Shown here: positions 39,401 through 55,500 of the stretch, piece after piece
How positions within the stretch are numbered: position 1 is the stretch's first letter
How the letters are laid out: each line of letters opens with the position of its first letter
Assembly: GCA_951406725.2 (NCBI GenBank)
Contig: OX597816.1
Coordinates: 77,190,001 to 77,254,000, forward strand
Length of the DNA stretch: 64,000 nucleotides
Source: Octopus vulgaris
Taxonomy: Eukaryota
Direction: 5' to 3'
Position numbers and translations under genes: made by a program
The notes under the pieces: model-generated
Seen by the model: only the letters and a program-made list of their open reading frames with translations
Databases searched by the model: none
What the model was told of the DNA's origin: nothing

Positions 39401-41903
39401 ATTTCCACCAACCAAATCTGATCATTTATTCAAACCAGCCTACTGAAGCAACATTACCCCTAATAAAACTAATGAGTTCAAATGTTTCATAGCTCATTAT
39501 TATATCAATTTATGTATGCTAAACTGCTCCATTTTCTACTTTGTGATCATAACTTTAGATTGGTTTATTGTTTTATAAAATTGCTAATAAATAGTACGAA
39601 AAATGATAATAAAATGTTTGTCATACCGAAGTAATAGCATTTAGACTCTGTTTCTTCATATTTTTCAACCCAGCTCTCATTCCAGCCATGAGCAAAGTCT
39701 ACCAAAAGGATCAGTTGTATCAGGATGAAGAGCAGACCTCCAGCCATACCAATTCCCATCCAAGCTGTCAAAACAAGATTGTAAGAATAAGAAATTACTC
39801 TTTCCCTTTTTAACAGAAAGTATAGGTGTATGCATGGTTGTATTTCAGAAGTTCATTTCTTAACCATTTGGTTTCCGGTTCAGTCCCAGAACACTGTACC
39901 ATGGACTAGTCAAAACCTCTGTGAATATATTTGGTAGAGGGGAAACTAAATGAAGTTTGTGTGTGTGTGTGTTGGCCAAGCACTCGTTGTATAGGAGCAT
40001 CACTGTCTTATCCAGTTTCCTTCATTTGGAATCTTCTGTGAAAGTCTCTCATGTCTGCAGTCTTCCATCCTTCTGTTGTGCTGTGTTTGTTGGACATGGG
40101 GAAATAGTACCTTAGTTTCAACTAGATGAGGGTTGATGACAGAAAAGGCATCCTGCCAAAGAAAATCTGCCTCAATGAATTCCATCTGACCCATGCCAAC
40201 ATGGAAAATGGAAGTTAAGACTATGAAGGTTATGATAATAAAAGCAAATTTAGGCTGAACATCTCACCAAGAAAAGGATTCAAGTTAATATCTAGAAAAA
40301 AACAACTTACCCTGACCAAAGGCCCCACGAGGAATGAAAAAAGCAGCAATTCCAAGTCCAATCAAGATAAGGAATTTGAAGAACCAAAACCTGGACAGCA
40401 AAAAAAAGACAATATATTATTCATTTGTATGAATACTGACTCACACAAAATATGAGTTTCTACATCAGCATATGCTTATATCATGCTACACACAGAATGT
40501 CAACTCTCATCAGTGGCCTTTGTGGGATGCCATCTCTATGGGTTTTGGTGAATTACAATGACCCCACCAATACCTTGACAAATGAACTCATTGATAAAGG
40601 TCAGTGGTTCTCAACCAAGTCCATTTGAGCCTTGGGGGTCCACATATGATTTTGTTGTTAAAATTTATGTGCAATAAATTGGTTATACTTCTACAATACA
40701 CAAAATATTTTAACAATTTTGTATGCAGTTTTAAATAATATTTAATCATAAAAATTCTAATAGTATTTTTTAAGTATTGAATGGCTATGGGGGTCAACAC
40801 AAGTGAAATAAGGATCAAAAGTCTCTATTAGATAGAAAGTGATTGAGAACCATTGATATAGATAATCATCAACATCATCACTGTATGCTGGCATGGCTGG
40901 GTAGATCACCACAATCTGAGACATTTCTTATTGACAGCTACTGTAACAAAGATGGGCCACAGTAGAGCAGTGTGAACTTCGACTATATTGGGTTGGAAGA
41001 CAGGAAGATGAGGGTAGTCCAATACAGCTTCATATATTGGCCTGCTGAAGAGCAAGTGATTCAGAGTGATGAAGATGGCATTTATATGTATATCATCATC
41101 ATTTAAGGTCCATTGTCCATGCTGGCATGGGTTGGACAGTTTGACCAAGCTGGCATGCTGGAAGGCTGCACCAGACTCTAGTCTGATTTGGCATGGTTTT
41201 CTAGAGCTGGATGCCCTTCCTAACGTCAACCACTCCAAGAGTGTAATGGGTGCCACTGGCATGGGTGCCAATTTGCGTGACACCGGTATCTGCCAAGGCT
41301 GTTATTTTGTTCAGCTTGATGGGTCTTCTTCTCCAGCACAACATAATGCCAAAAGTTTTGGTCATTGCTTCAGTGAGGCCCAACACTCGAAAGCAACTTT
41401 ACCTCTATATTTATTAAGAAAGACATCTCAACTACTATCCAGGAAGTGTCCGGACTCAATATGCAGAAAAGATGTACATAGAATTCAATACAATATATCT
41501 GAAGTAAACTACAAGGACACAAAGGATGCAGTGGGATCACAGCAGACTGAAAGGAAAGGACTTTGTATGCAGCAGATGTACAGTATTAAGTAAGGCAGCC
41601 ACAACATAAATTCTTTCAAATGTTTTGAAGAATCCCTAGCAGTACTTCACTTGTGTTACCAAGGTGACCTAATTAGCAATAGAGGTGAGTGTTCCAAAAA
41701 CATAGTGGCCAGAGTAACAGCCAGTGGTTAAAGTTTAGGGCTAGCAACAAAGGGCTTTTGTTTCCCAGTGGAAGGGGCAGGATGTATGACATGCAAAAGA
41801 AGTGCAATTCTGCATGGTAGCAAAACTTGGATGTAAAACTGATGTAAAGTAACAATTATGATACACAACAAAGTAGAGGATAAGATCTGTCAAACCTGTG
41901 CAG

Positions 41904-41934
<31 letters not shown>

Positions 41935-44900
41935 AATAGAATTCAAAGGACTTTCACACAATTTCCATCTACCAATTTTACCAAGTTACCATCATCATCA
42001 TCAAACCTTTAAGGTCTGTTTTCCATGCTGACATGGGTTGGATGGTTTGATCAGAGTTGGAAAGCTGCACCAGGTTCCAGTCTGTTTTGGCTTTGTTTCT
42101 ACAGTTGGATGGCTTTCCTAAAACCTTACTAAAGTCACCCTAATGTACAGTATCCCTCAGCACATTACTGCTTACTTTAATGAGCACATTTGCTCTTACC
42201 ACCACCATTTTATAATTCCATTATTTAACTGTAAAAATCCTATTCACAGTAAGGTCATCTGAAGTATCATTATAGTTATTTAACCTGCCTTAGAATCACA
42301 AATGGAATGTCTGATATTGTGCCACCTACATTCAAAGCGTGCCTCACTCATTTTTCCATTGGATATGAATATTAAAATACCATCTCAAAAAAATATGCAA
42401 ACATTTCAAACATAAATATTATACAAATAAACAGGATACAAGAATTGGCAATTAGCAAAAATTATATTTTAAAAAAAGAAAAACCTAAATTGCTGCATCT
42501 TACCCATTTTGAATTCCAGATCTCGGATCACGTGATGATTTTACATTTATCATAATAATGCTGAATAGGAAAAAAAATGCAGTCGTTGCAAAGCAAACTC
42601 TATAGACAGACAAATAACCAACAACTTCATCACAAAACACTGTTCTGTTGGTTTGAGGCAATGAGGGACCAAAGAAGTTATTACAAAGCCCTGGTATCTG
42701 GAAATATGAAATAAAAAAATGAAACGTAATAATACAATCAGTGAAATATCAATTCAATTAAAATATATCTAACTTTCTCACAACTACTCTGTCTCTGTAT
42801 ATATGTTTATGGGGACACACCCCCACACATCACCTCTATATTCTGTTTACCTAAAATTGACCAGTTCTTCCACCCCATAATTCAATCAGACTTCCTTCTA
42901 CCTGCCTACTTTTCTGTTGGACACAATATCCACAATCCTTTGAATTCTCAGTGCTATCTTAATGAATGTCATGTCCTTTGTTGTCAGAAGCTAAGATATC
43001 CTTCGTTAATTTGCTACATTCATTCATTTCTCTACTGTTTGCTTAATGTAATATTCTACCTCCTGGTCGATATGTTCTCTCTCTCTTTTCTCTTTTTAGA
43101 TATTTGAATTTTAACCACTGTACAAAGCTTAAAGTGTTAACTTGCCCATAAAGCATTCATCCCACCACAAAATACCAGAAATATATTCTGATTCACTCTC
43201 CTCATAAGTAACCAACCTTCAACCTTCCTCTGAGAGTTTCACTGTCTTTGTATTATATACATATCTTGCAATCGGTACTACTACCCCTCCTCTCTCTCCT
43301 ATATCAAGCAGCTGAGACTACAAACCCATCAAAACTTCTACCACCATCACCACCAATTCTTATTTAGGCACAAGACTGACAATTTTGAGAAGGATAGGAC
43401 AGTTGGTTACATCAACCTCAAAATAACATGATTGTAATAATGAATCATCATCATCATCGTTTAATGTCCGCTTTCCATGCTAGCATGGATAGGACAGTTC
43501 AACTGAGGTCTGGGAAGCCAGAAGGCTGCACCAGGCCCAGTCTGATCTGGCAGTGTTTCTACAGCTGGATGCCCTTCCTAACGCCAACCACTCCGTGAGT
43601 GTAGTGACCACTCCGTGATGGCAAAGTTAATTTCTAAATGACATAAGGTATCACTTGATAATTACATTTCTCAGAAGCATCTCGGTTTTGTCAGCCAAGA
43701 AGCAAATGTAGGCATTATTTAAAGTTAACTTTAAAAAAATTAACAAAAAAATAAAGTGAGATTAAATGATTGGCACCAGACTGATTTAACATGAAATAGA
43801 CTTACCTTGCCAAGTTCTGTTCGTAAGTTTGGTATAAGCATAATGCTTGCCACAATTGTACTGAATAAGAGCATGAGTGCATAGCCAATCCGACTTGCAG
43901 TAGAACTTTTGCAAGATGGGCATGCTGAACAACAAAGGGAACACGCAGCACTGCCACAACAACAGGCTAACTGAAAAATAAAATGGGGAAAATAGAGATT
44001 GGTATTTTTAAAGTAATTTAACAATTCATGGTCAATATTGACTCCTAGGGGTGTCTATATGGCTATCCAAGGAGTCAATAAACATCTGACATGAAACATC
44101 TGACATGATTTTAAGCATTAAGAACTTTGAATTATATACAAATTGAATCTAGAAGAGCATAGTAATTTAAAGAAAAAACTCACTAATTTCCAGCCAAATA
44201 TCAATGCAATGACTAGTATTCATCCACACATATTTCATATTAAATATATTAATATCATATATCAATATGACTGAAATTTTATTGTTCTTTTTATCAATTT
44301 CATTTAGTACTTTCATTTTAAATATTTCTTAATAAAAAGTGATAATGACTCAAAAGAACAAAGAAATTGCTGTTTTTAAATCAAGAAATTTTTTATTAGT
44401 AATACATTTTAATTTTATTTCAGAAATTTACATGATGGGAGTCAAAAAATTATCAACAAAAAAAATTTGCCGATCTCTGAATTAACCTTTTCACTATCTT
44501 CCTGAGACTGCCACTCATCCTATAATACATATTTAAATTAAAACATTCCATCATAATGTTATGGCAAAACTTTTTACTATAATTTGTTCTAAAAACCAAC
44601 TTAATAACGACAGTTACTTTCCAATTCTTGATTACTTTAAAGAAATTACTTTTAAGAGATGCAACACATAATTTTGTCAGTGAACAGGCTGCGGTCTCAA
44701 AGCGCCGAAAATATTTTGGCAAATTAAATTTAAATGTTGAAGTGAATGTAACAGTTTTTGCATGTTTCTTAATTGGCTTATAAACACCTTCCACACTGCA
44801 ATTGTTTTTGATTACTTTAAAATTTAGAAGAAATACAGTGTATTTCATTAGAACAAGGACCATGAAATGGTTAAATGATTTGGAGATTTCGGTATCCTTT

Positions 44901-47900
44901 TTCATTGTTGTTGTTTGTGTGCATGTGTGTGTTTTTACCACACACACATGCCAATAATGCTCTAGTTCATTTATGACTCATTCCAGGTAATAACATCTTA
45001 ATTCCATTGGCCCCAATCACACCTTTAACAGAAAGTAAAGCCAAAATATAAGGAAAAACATTAAGTGGGAAATGTCAATCATGTGAACTGACCAGTTAAA
45101 AGATCTTTTTAGAAATTTCACTTTGTTGCTTAAACTTTTTAGCATTTAAAATGGCCATATCCTGCTCAAATATTCTACTTATTTTATATTAAAACTAGCC
45201 AGATCTGGCCTCTCACACCTACTTTATGATGTCATTTTAAAAGCAAGCAATCAGATCATCAAAATCTCAAAGCTATGAGATAATTAATTCAAATTAATTA
45301 TCTCATAGCTTAATTTGAATTAATTATCTCATAGCTTAATTAATTCAAAGTAATGTGAATAAATAAGCATTACATTTGTCTGAGTAATGTGAATGATAAG
45401 GGATTAACCTTTCTTCAAAGCAAATCAGTTCTAAAAACAGAGCCTGTGAGAACTAAAAAATTTAATGATAGGAAATATATAAACCTTTGAGAACTGTAGC
45501 GGTTTTTAAACCTGTAATGTATTATTTCTCTGTATAAAGAGAACTATTATATATGTATAAGGAAATAAGTTAGTGAAAACAGATTATCCAAAAATAGAAA
45601 GAATTAGTTCAGTGTATTCATCATCATCGTTAATTTCCACTTTTCATGTTTGCATGAGTCAGAGGGAATTTTGTTAAGGCAGGTTTTATACAGATGGATG
45701 CCCTTCTTCACAAACCTACACCAGTTTCCAAGCAAGGCAATACTTCCTCATGGCCAGACAAGTTTTCACAGAAGACCGGAAAATGAACAACATTGCTTGT
45801 ATGATGGTGGTACTCATTTACAATCATCACATGGCGTAAAGACCGGAGTACACACAAACATGCATGTCACCAGTCACAGTATAATCATCATCATCATCGT
45901 TTAACATCCGTTCTCCATGCTAGCATAGGTTGGACGGCTCGACCGGGGATCTGGGAAGCCAGAAGGCTGCACCAGGCTCCAGTCTGATCTGGCAGTGTTT
46001 CTACAGCTGGATGCCCTTCCTAACGCCAACAATGATGATGGGAAGATAAGATCCTTCTCTCTCTCTCGTTTGTGGCATTTCCCTTTCCAACAGCTAGTAC
46101 TGGGGAAGAGATAACCCACCAAATTCAACCATGAAGCTTTGGTCAACCAAGGGACCAAGGTGTCATGCAATGGGACCAAACTCAAAACATGCAACTGTGA
46201 AACAAACCTTTTAACTACACATCCATGTCTGTGCCTATGGCCATATTTGCATCATCTACATGTGTGTGTGTGTGTGTGTGTGCAAATGTATGTATGCTCA
46301 CACCTTTGTGATTGTGTTTGTTTCTCACTGCTTGAGAACCAGTGCTGGCTTTATGTCCCCTTAACTTAGCAGTTCAACAAAAACTACTGACAGAATAAGT
46401 ACAAAACTAAATAAGTACTGGGATTTGAGTGTCTAAAACCTTCAAGGAAGTGTTCCAGCATGACCATAGTCTAATGACTGAAACAACTAAAAGAATAAAG
46501 ATTAATATTTTTTTTAACTAAAAAAATTTTTTAAATCCTCAAAATTCTTGCTTAATGTTAAAAACAGACACATTCAAGCTTCAGCCTAATCATCTGCATT
46601 ATTCACAACACTTTTTTGCTTTTCCATTCATCAAACACTCATGTTGCTGGTGTAGAAACCAAATATTTTGCAATCCTTTATTTACTCTATATAACAAGGA
46701 TTCAGATGTAGTATGCAAGAGGAGATTGTGCTGGTACAGTCATGTAATGCATATGAATGAAGACAGTTGCATCAATAATTGCTGATCTATACTTGTGGAG
46801 AAAATATGTGGAAGGGGTAGACCCAGGAAAAGGTGGGACAAAGTGTTGAGAAAAGATCTTCAGACACTGGACCTCACAGAGGGGTGATAAGGGATCGAGA
46901 CTACTGGCAGTTTGCAGTGCTTGAGAAGTCACATCAAACTAACTAAAATCATGGTTTTCCTTGCATACAGGTATGCTCCCACTGCATCCCTCTTCAGCTG
47001 AGCAATCTTAATCTGGCAGACTAATGGGTGCTGGTGCCACATAAAAAGCACTCATGCCAGTGCTGTGTAAAACCATTCTAAAGTGGTTGGGCATTAGGAA
47101 GGGCATCCAACTGTAGAAACCATGACAAAACAGACATGAAGCCCAAGCAGCTCTTCAACTGGCCAGCTCCTGTCAAACCATTCAACCTATGCCAGGATGA
47201 AAAACAGACATTCAATGATAATGATGATCAACTAGTTCTATCTCTTATGTAAATCCCTGACCAACACACAAGACCCGCTGAACATTTTTGGTCTTATCCT
47301 CACCGCCAAACCCTGCCTCTGCCAAACCCGCCACAGTTTCTGCACCTATCAGCTTCACAGGCTACTGCACTATCTCAACTACCCACACTACATCTATATA
47401 CTTTACAACCCATTTCTCTTCCAGCTTTGCAAGGCAAGTATTCTATAGTAAAGTCCTAAAGTCTTGTCACTCCCTACTGAAAAGTAATAAGAACAATAGA
47501 GGAACAATATCAAACACATGTACTGATTTTAGTATATTCATTTTCATTGACACTGACACACATCAAGAAGGTCTGATTCAACACCATCATTTTCATGGCA
47601 CAAAATGATGCAGCGCCTTGTCCTGTGCAATATTTTAGGAAGCTGTGCAAAGGCTGCTGAAACAGCATCCTTCAACTGGTATTGCTCTTGTGAAACTCTC
47701 TCCTTGATAATTGAAAATTAAAACAATATTTACAGGTGGTTACAAAACTTTCAGACCACCCTGTACTTCAAGTCAAGTCCTGTCATAAGCTTTATCTCTA
47801 AACCATCACAGACTAAAATCATCCTCTTAAGCATATCTCACTACATCCCCCACATAACCAAAATTCATTATTCCAAATATCCTGTCACCACCACAAAGTG

Positions 47901-50900
47901 GTTAACATTGATGAGTTATTCAATGAACACAACTAACATTATTTGCTTGTTCATTTTTACATCCATTTTTCTATGCTAGCATGGGTTAGGCAAACTGTAT
48001 TCTTTTCTACTCTAGGCACAAGGCCTGAAATTTGGGGGGAGAGGGCCAGTCGATCAGATCGACCCCAGTACACAACTGGTACTTAATTTATCAACCCCAA
48101 AAGAATGAAAGGCAAAGTCAACTTCAGCGGAATTTGAATTCAGAACATAGACAGACGAAATACCTATTTCTTTACTACCCACAAGGGGCTAAACACAGAA
48201 GGGACAAACAAGGACAGACAAACGGATTAAGTTGATTACATCGACCCCCAGTGCGTAACTGGTACTTAGTTTATCGACCCCGAAAGGATGAAAGGTAAAG
48301 TCGACCCGGCGGAATTTGAACTCAGAACGTAACGGCAGACAAAATACCACTAAGCATTTTGCCTGGTGTGCTAACGTTTCTGCCAGCTCGCCAACTGTAT
48401 TGTTGAGGCACCATTTTACATTAGGATGCCTTTCCTGACAATAATCCTAACTTATTTTTGCTTTTTTTCAAATAAGAGATACTTTATTCCACATGCCTCT
48501 GAAGTCCAGTGGCTGACTCATTAACAGGAAAAACAGCAACAATGACACCACTTGTAGTTGAACAAATTTTCTAAGAGGAACAGATGTAACAGTATACACA
48601 AACACACATTTATTTATTTATTTAATGATGTGAAACTGAGTAATACCATCTGGTTGATAATTGATGAAGAATTAGGGACCTTTTGAGTCTGTCTTTCATC
48701 CATTTGTGCACTCAATATACATTACACATTTTTTAACTTTTCATTTGTGTATTTACAATACATTCTTTTTCTTATATATCAGTTCAATGAACACAACCAT
48801 CATCATTTGTTTGTTCATTTTTACATCAGTTACCCTTGATATGCCTCTTCAATCTCTCTATCTCACTACAGGGATCAATCTTATTATTTTGAAACATTAC
48901 AATGTGCCCCATTCCCATTCAACTAAACAAAATATAATCACAGTCCTCTCAACTAGCTTCGTTGGATACTAACTCTTCTTAGGCCCACCCTTATTACCAA
49001 ACACTATTGATCCTATTGTGTTTCTCCCCCTAAATTCCATACGAACCACATCTCTCAATCACCATTACCAAATTTATACATCACTACTAAATACTCTCCA
49101 ACCGACATTTTCCTCCCATCTCTCAATCTGCAGATGAACATCAGGTTTCGTATAGCCTGTCCCTTTCTCTAAGGATACAGCATAAAAATTAAATCCCTAA
49201 AACTAGACACAAAGATATGAAGAGTCCTCTCACTTCTATACCTAATGTTTATAAATTGATCGATGTCATTGCTTTAAATTATACCAATAAACAAAACTGA
49301 GCTCAATTTTTGTCTATTCAAAACAACAAATTCTCAAGCACAAGTTTATGTCGTTTAAGCCAAAGTTAACTCTGATCAAAATGACCTATAATCAAAAAAC
49401 ATTCCAACTATGACTATCCCGTCTTTTTAAGAATGTCTTATCCTTATATAAGATGAGAGGGAATGATTTAAGTGGGATTTTGCTACTTCTTCTAGCAGGT
49501 CGAGCGACCACATAGAGGTTCCTACGCTAACAAATTAGCTAAGGGGGTTGAAGACATAAGATACTAACACAGAACAGAGATAGAGACTACATCTGGTACT
49601 ATATATCTATGTAGCATTTACTTATAAGTCGAGTTATAAATAAACACCTTTTCGACACGTAACTTGTGAGTCACAGGGAAAACGTTTTGACAACTGCAGC
49701 CAACGCAAAATCTTTTTCTCAACCGACCAAATGTTAAAACCCAAGATGCATTAGAATCTCTGGTTTTATTTAAAGAACTACCAGCAGAATCTACTAGGCT
49801 TTGACACCTGGATTTTTTTTTTAATTTATTTATTTACTCATTATTTATTTATTCATTTATTTCGTATTTACATTTGAAATCAGAGCAGCAAATAGACTGA
49901 TAATATACACAGAAAATCGTGTTTAATCTTCGGGATGAAAATAATATACACGACTAATGTAAACACGAAAGAAATGGCGATTTACATGCGTGTAAATTAA
50001 ATGAAAACGTACGTAAATACAAGGTGACAAGTTTTGTTTTTTTTTTTTTTATCATACACATTATTGTCACATTTACCTCTTGGAAAAGCATGTATGTCAC
50101 TAACGTGCTAATCACCTGGGACGAGAGAGAGCGTCTATGTGGTTAGCTAAAATAACCTTTAAATCACACAGTGTCTTAAGATATTGGACAATGCAGTCCT
50201 AGATATACAACTACAGAAAACGAGATGGTCACGGTTAAAACGCCTATGATTATAAATTAGTCTGCTCAATCACGCGCTAATTAAGTTTTCCGTAAAACTG
50301 AAGCACTGCGTAAGAAATGGTTATACAGGTATGTGTGCGCTTTGCATAAACACGTAGCTACGTGTGTATGTGTGTAATAGAGGAACTAATAGTAGGTCAA
50401 GGACCTAGACTTTCGTGCCAATGCACTAACCAAACATCAGCGGCACGAAGCAACTCGGCTAATAACAATAAAAAAATATTTATCCTTTAAGGAAGTTTGT
50501 TTCTCTAATTTCCAAGTACAAATACCGTAAATCCTCGAGTATAAATCCGCACATTTTTTCCCCAAAATTTAAAGGCCAAAATCCCTAGTGCGTACAATAT
50601 ACGAGGTTAAAAATGAAAATTATTTTCTAAGCAATGTCCGAGTCTCCATTTGCTGTCCGACAATATTTATTCAGACGCATTTTTGTGATGTCGGGCGCGA
50701 AAATACCTTAAATCATCCATAACTTGCAGTTAGCAACATTTATTAAATGTTATTACTGCTATTTCTTTGTTTTCTTCAAACAAAATGCACAAAAAAGCTA
50801 CACATTTGCATTATGTTATATATACAATACTAATAAAGGACGTTACCGTATACATTTTTACAAACCAAGGACGTTATATAGCCCTCCTTGACTCAAGTTA

Positions 50901-51336
50901 GAGAAGGGATGGGTATTATACACAAGGTTTAGGTTTTTCAGAGGTAAAGCCCCATAAAATCCCCTGCGTATTATACTCAAGGATTTACGGTAGATGAGAG
51001 AGAGAGAGAGAGAGAGAGAGTGCGTGTATGTGAGGCCAAATATACTCTACAACGTGTTCAGTACTCTTCACTCGTTTGTTAAATCTAAAAAAATAAAATG
51101 CACGTATATGTACGTCTCTCTCTTTCTCTTTGTTTGTATGTATGTATGTATGTATGTATATATATATATATATAATGAGTTCAGTATGTGGCAAAGTAAT
51201 TTATTTTACTAAGCCTTTTATACAATGTAATATTTTGAATTCGCCTTAAATGGTCCCTTTACATACTGAATACTTGGTGAAATTGATTAATAACTAATTA
51301 ATTTTACCCTCAATTGTTGAAATTATATATATATAT

Positions 51337-51393
<57 letters not shown>

Positions 51394-51973
51394 GCGCGAT
51401 TGATATTAGTTGCATGTATACATTTTCTGGTATGGGATTATCTAGATTGTTGTTAAAATCGCAAATATTCAGAGACTAGACAATGGAACTAGCAACGCGG
51501 GCAGAAAAACCAATAACTACAAGAATGTAAACAACATTGTCACATTGCAATACGAGCAAAAACCGACTGCAACAATATAACACCAGCTTCTAATGATCTG
51601 CATACACAACTCTTTATCGATTGTCAAAAACCAGTTGCATCACTGTTTTACGCAAGACTACTTCCAGCAAGAACATGGAGAGGCTTGCCTATCAGTGAGC
51701 TATTCTCGTTGTTTTTATATTAGCAACGTTGCAGTACCGAAGACTGGGGGTCTTCAAATTGGCCAGTTCTGCATTCCTGGTAATAAATAACCAAGGGTTA
51801 ATTCCAAGTGAACTTTCTTTCAATTGTTTAGTCCCTACCTCAGCTCAGCCAGTATAATATCAGCCCTCCTCAGTTTCCCTTTGGCTTATTCAGGGATACA
51901 CAGGGAGTTTTAAATATTAGCTGTCTTGAAATGTAAACGGTGGTATATATCTAATCGCTTCATACATACATAT

Positions 51974-52029
<56 letters not shown>

Positions 52030-52032
52030 ATT

Positions 52033-52100
<68 letters not shown>

Positions 52101-52556
52101 GTGTGTGTGTGTGTAAGCGTTATTAATTAAGAAAAATCATTATTATCCATTAAAATTACAAACAATAATTATTATCATTACTTAATACACACGATAGTCA
52201 ACAAATTGCGTTGTTAATTAAAAATCAGACAAGTTGACGTCACGTGACTGGCAGCACCTGCAGGACAGGTTTGCCGTTGAAATACTTATATACGCAACAT
52301 TTACACTACTTGAGTATGAGAATAGTTATTGTTCCAAATAGTAGGAAGTAAAAGAATGAACATTCTGAATCATGGGCTGAACCCAAACTCAGAAGGAGGT
52401 AAGTAGGTCAGACGGAGTTTATTTGAGGCTGATTTTTCTACAGCCAAATGCCCTTCCTGTTACCAAGTAACGGAATATTTCTCCACGACCAGAGCTGTTC
52501 TCGCTGAAATGAAACTATTGTTCGTATTCATCTACAACCACTATGCTATGCCAAGG

Positions 52557-52590
<34 letters not shown>

Positions 52591-55500
52591 CTTTTACTTG
52601 TTTCATTCATTTGACTGCAGACATGTTGTAACCCCATCTTGAAGAGTCTATTATCAACTCCAGATGATAATGAAAAATATTTGGGGGTAATAGATCTTAT
52701 TTCACACACAATATATACACAGATATACACACACACATACATGCACATATATATCGTCATTGTCATTCAACATGCTAGCATGGTTGGACAGTCTGACAAG
52801 AGCTAGTAAGTTAGGGGCCATACCAGGTTCCATTGTCTGTTCTGGTATGGCTTCTACAGCTGGAGGCCCTTCCTAACACCAACCACTTTACATGTATAAA
52901 TTATACATGTTTATACACTGAAATGTGCATACATTTCTATTCAGTATTCAGTTAGCTAACTGACCTCTTCATTCTCACAAAATATTGACGTAATGAATGT
53001 CAAAGCTTAGCCATCAAGTCAATGACCGGTCAGTATAGCCTAGAAGTAGCTAATATCTTTGGATACACTGATGAGGATGGAAGATAAACAAGGAGAGTGA
53101 GCTGGAGATAGGGTAATTTATATTAGTATTCATAATTTTAAAAAAAGAACACTAAAATAGTTAAAATGCTTTTCTGTAAAGAATATAAAGAAGCTTTGAA
53201 ATATATTTGACAAAAGTTTCACATTGTGCCCAGAGTGGGAATTTATCATCTTTGGAAGTTTGCCCCGAAGCCAAAAACCTGAGTTTAAGATAAAGTATGG
53301 TTCAATTTTTATAGCTCTTTCAAGTTGGCCAATTTAACAAAATTTACTTTTTTTTTTTTTTTTTACTATCATAAGATTGAACATATTTTCTTTCAGAAAA
53401 AAGATTTTTAACTTCTATTTGAAATTATTTAGAAACATTTTTTATTGTCTTTCAGTCAAACTATAGCCTAGAATGCATAGGTGAACATAAATTTGAGAAA
53501 ATAGCAGATACATGAAAAATATCAAAATTTTTGGTAAAACCCCATCAAACTTGATAATTTTTTTAAAATTTAAAAATTTTGACATATTAAGGGCTAACAT
53601 ATTTCACATCCTCAACATTTTATGTAAACTGTGAGGAAAAATCAGTTCATAGTTGTTAAAAGACCACACAGAAAGTATAATTCCAATTTGGGTACCAAAC
53701 ATCAAAACCAACCAGGATTGAGTAAAACGGGTAGTTACTGACCCTCCCCCCAACATGATTAAACAAGTATAAAAACAGGAAATGGACTCAAAACCTAATA
53801 AATTTCTGGAAATAATCGATCTTTAATGCACTTTTGGTATTTAGCCTATTTTATAGGGTAAAAATTTGATTAGGAAGGTCAGATGGTCAGATTCAGGCTT
53901 TGGGGATTTTGTCTTGCTTACGCCAAAATTGAAGAAGGGCCAAAACATGAGATAACAAAAAGAAAATATTCCCAACAAATCCCTGGATTGAAACTTTACC
54001 ACCACCATCAAAAACAATACAATGAAAACTGCCTACCCACTTATGATACACAAAGAAAATCAGAATCATTTGCACTAAATTATGAAAACTTATCACTTAT
54101 TATTATCACAACAAATAATGGAACAACAATGCCCAACAATGAATAAGCGTAACGTGGACCAGTCAGTAATATAGTCATTCAATTCTTTATTGTTCTCCTG
54201 TCAAAGACACATTCTTATGCTTTGAAGAACGAGTTGTGTGACCAACTTCACCATAAACAGAACAACTTGAGGTGGGATGTTTCAAAGCAACTGCTGGATG
54301 CAATATGATGGACATTCTTCTGAAGATATATCATGGATGTTATCCTTGATTGAAAGCTGATGACATCTTGCAGATAATCATTTTTAACCACAAAACACCA
54401 AAAAGGCAATTTTGGTTGATATGCCCTGATTTGGTTATTTGAACCCATACCCCCATAAACAAAGAAAAAACAAATAACTTTGGTTCCAGCTGATAGCCCT
54501 AAACCACTATCAGGTGATTATTTTAATCCGAGATACGATTTTTTTTCCTGAATTAGCCAATCTGGGCACAATGTGGTCTGTAGCTAAATGTCTCATGCAA
54601 TTAATAGGGTCAGTGACCGATTATATCCATCATCAGACTGAGAAGAAAATTATATCCACGCATCTTATTCCTGTTATGTATTACAGGCTCTGCATATCTA
54701 AGAGGGTGGTCTACCACAAATAATCACATGTACACACACACACACACATACATAATAACAGCCACTTAGCACTCATTTGCATTAGTGTTGTCTTTTTTGT
54801 CTTGGAGACAATATTTTCAGCAGGTTAGCATTACATTATTATAACAATCAGCAGGGTTGCTGCAAATTCTACATTTTAACAGTTTTTAGTGCTACAGCTG
54901 TGGAATAAAGTTCAGCACCACCCATGTTTTAGAGTGTTTTTCAAGGATACATCTTTGTTATTATTGCTAACGATAAAATTTGCTCACTTAATGTTGTTAA
55001 ACTAGACAACAGTTTTATCCTTGACTTAGTTTACAAATTAGCAGTGTTTACTTTTTGCAGATAATGTTGATAAAGTGAAGTATTCAGCTTCATGTTGTAT
55101 TTTGTCTGGTAATTACCTATTTTCAGGTAAATTGCATTTTTGTCCCAGTTGTATTTTCTTATTTTTGTTTCAGTTATTTGACTGCGGCGATGCTGGAGCA
55201 TCTCCTTTAGTCAAACAAATCAACCTCAGGACTTATTCTTGTAAGCCTAGTACTTATTCTATTGGTCTGTTTTGCTGAACTGCTAAATTAATGGTTCATA
55301 AAACCTGTTTAATAAATTTGAAATATTAAACCTTAGTAAAATTTGTGTTCTAATTTCATCATCATAACTTTAGACCACAATGTGTAACATCAATTTTGTG
55401 AGGCTATCTAAATTTATTAAGTACATGGAAAATGTAGCAACATGTGTTTGGATTTTTCAATTATTTGACAACAGTTTATCACTTTAGTTAGTGCACATAC

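Noticed and set aside
44453-44947. 164-aa ORF in intron 1
   Set aside because: No recognisable domain, K/F/N-rich AT-biased composition, no splice compatibility with SERINC; more likely repeat-derived or chance.
48300-48393. tRNA-like sequences here and at 1-72, 4700-4780 and 9055-9120
   Set aside because: SINE heads with non-canonical cloverleafs followed by SINE bodies; not called as tRNA genes.
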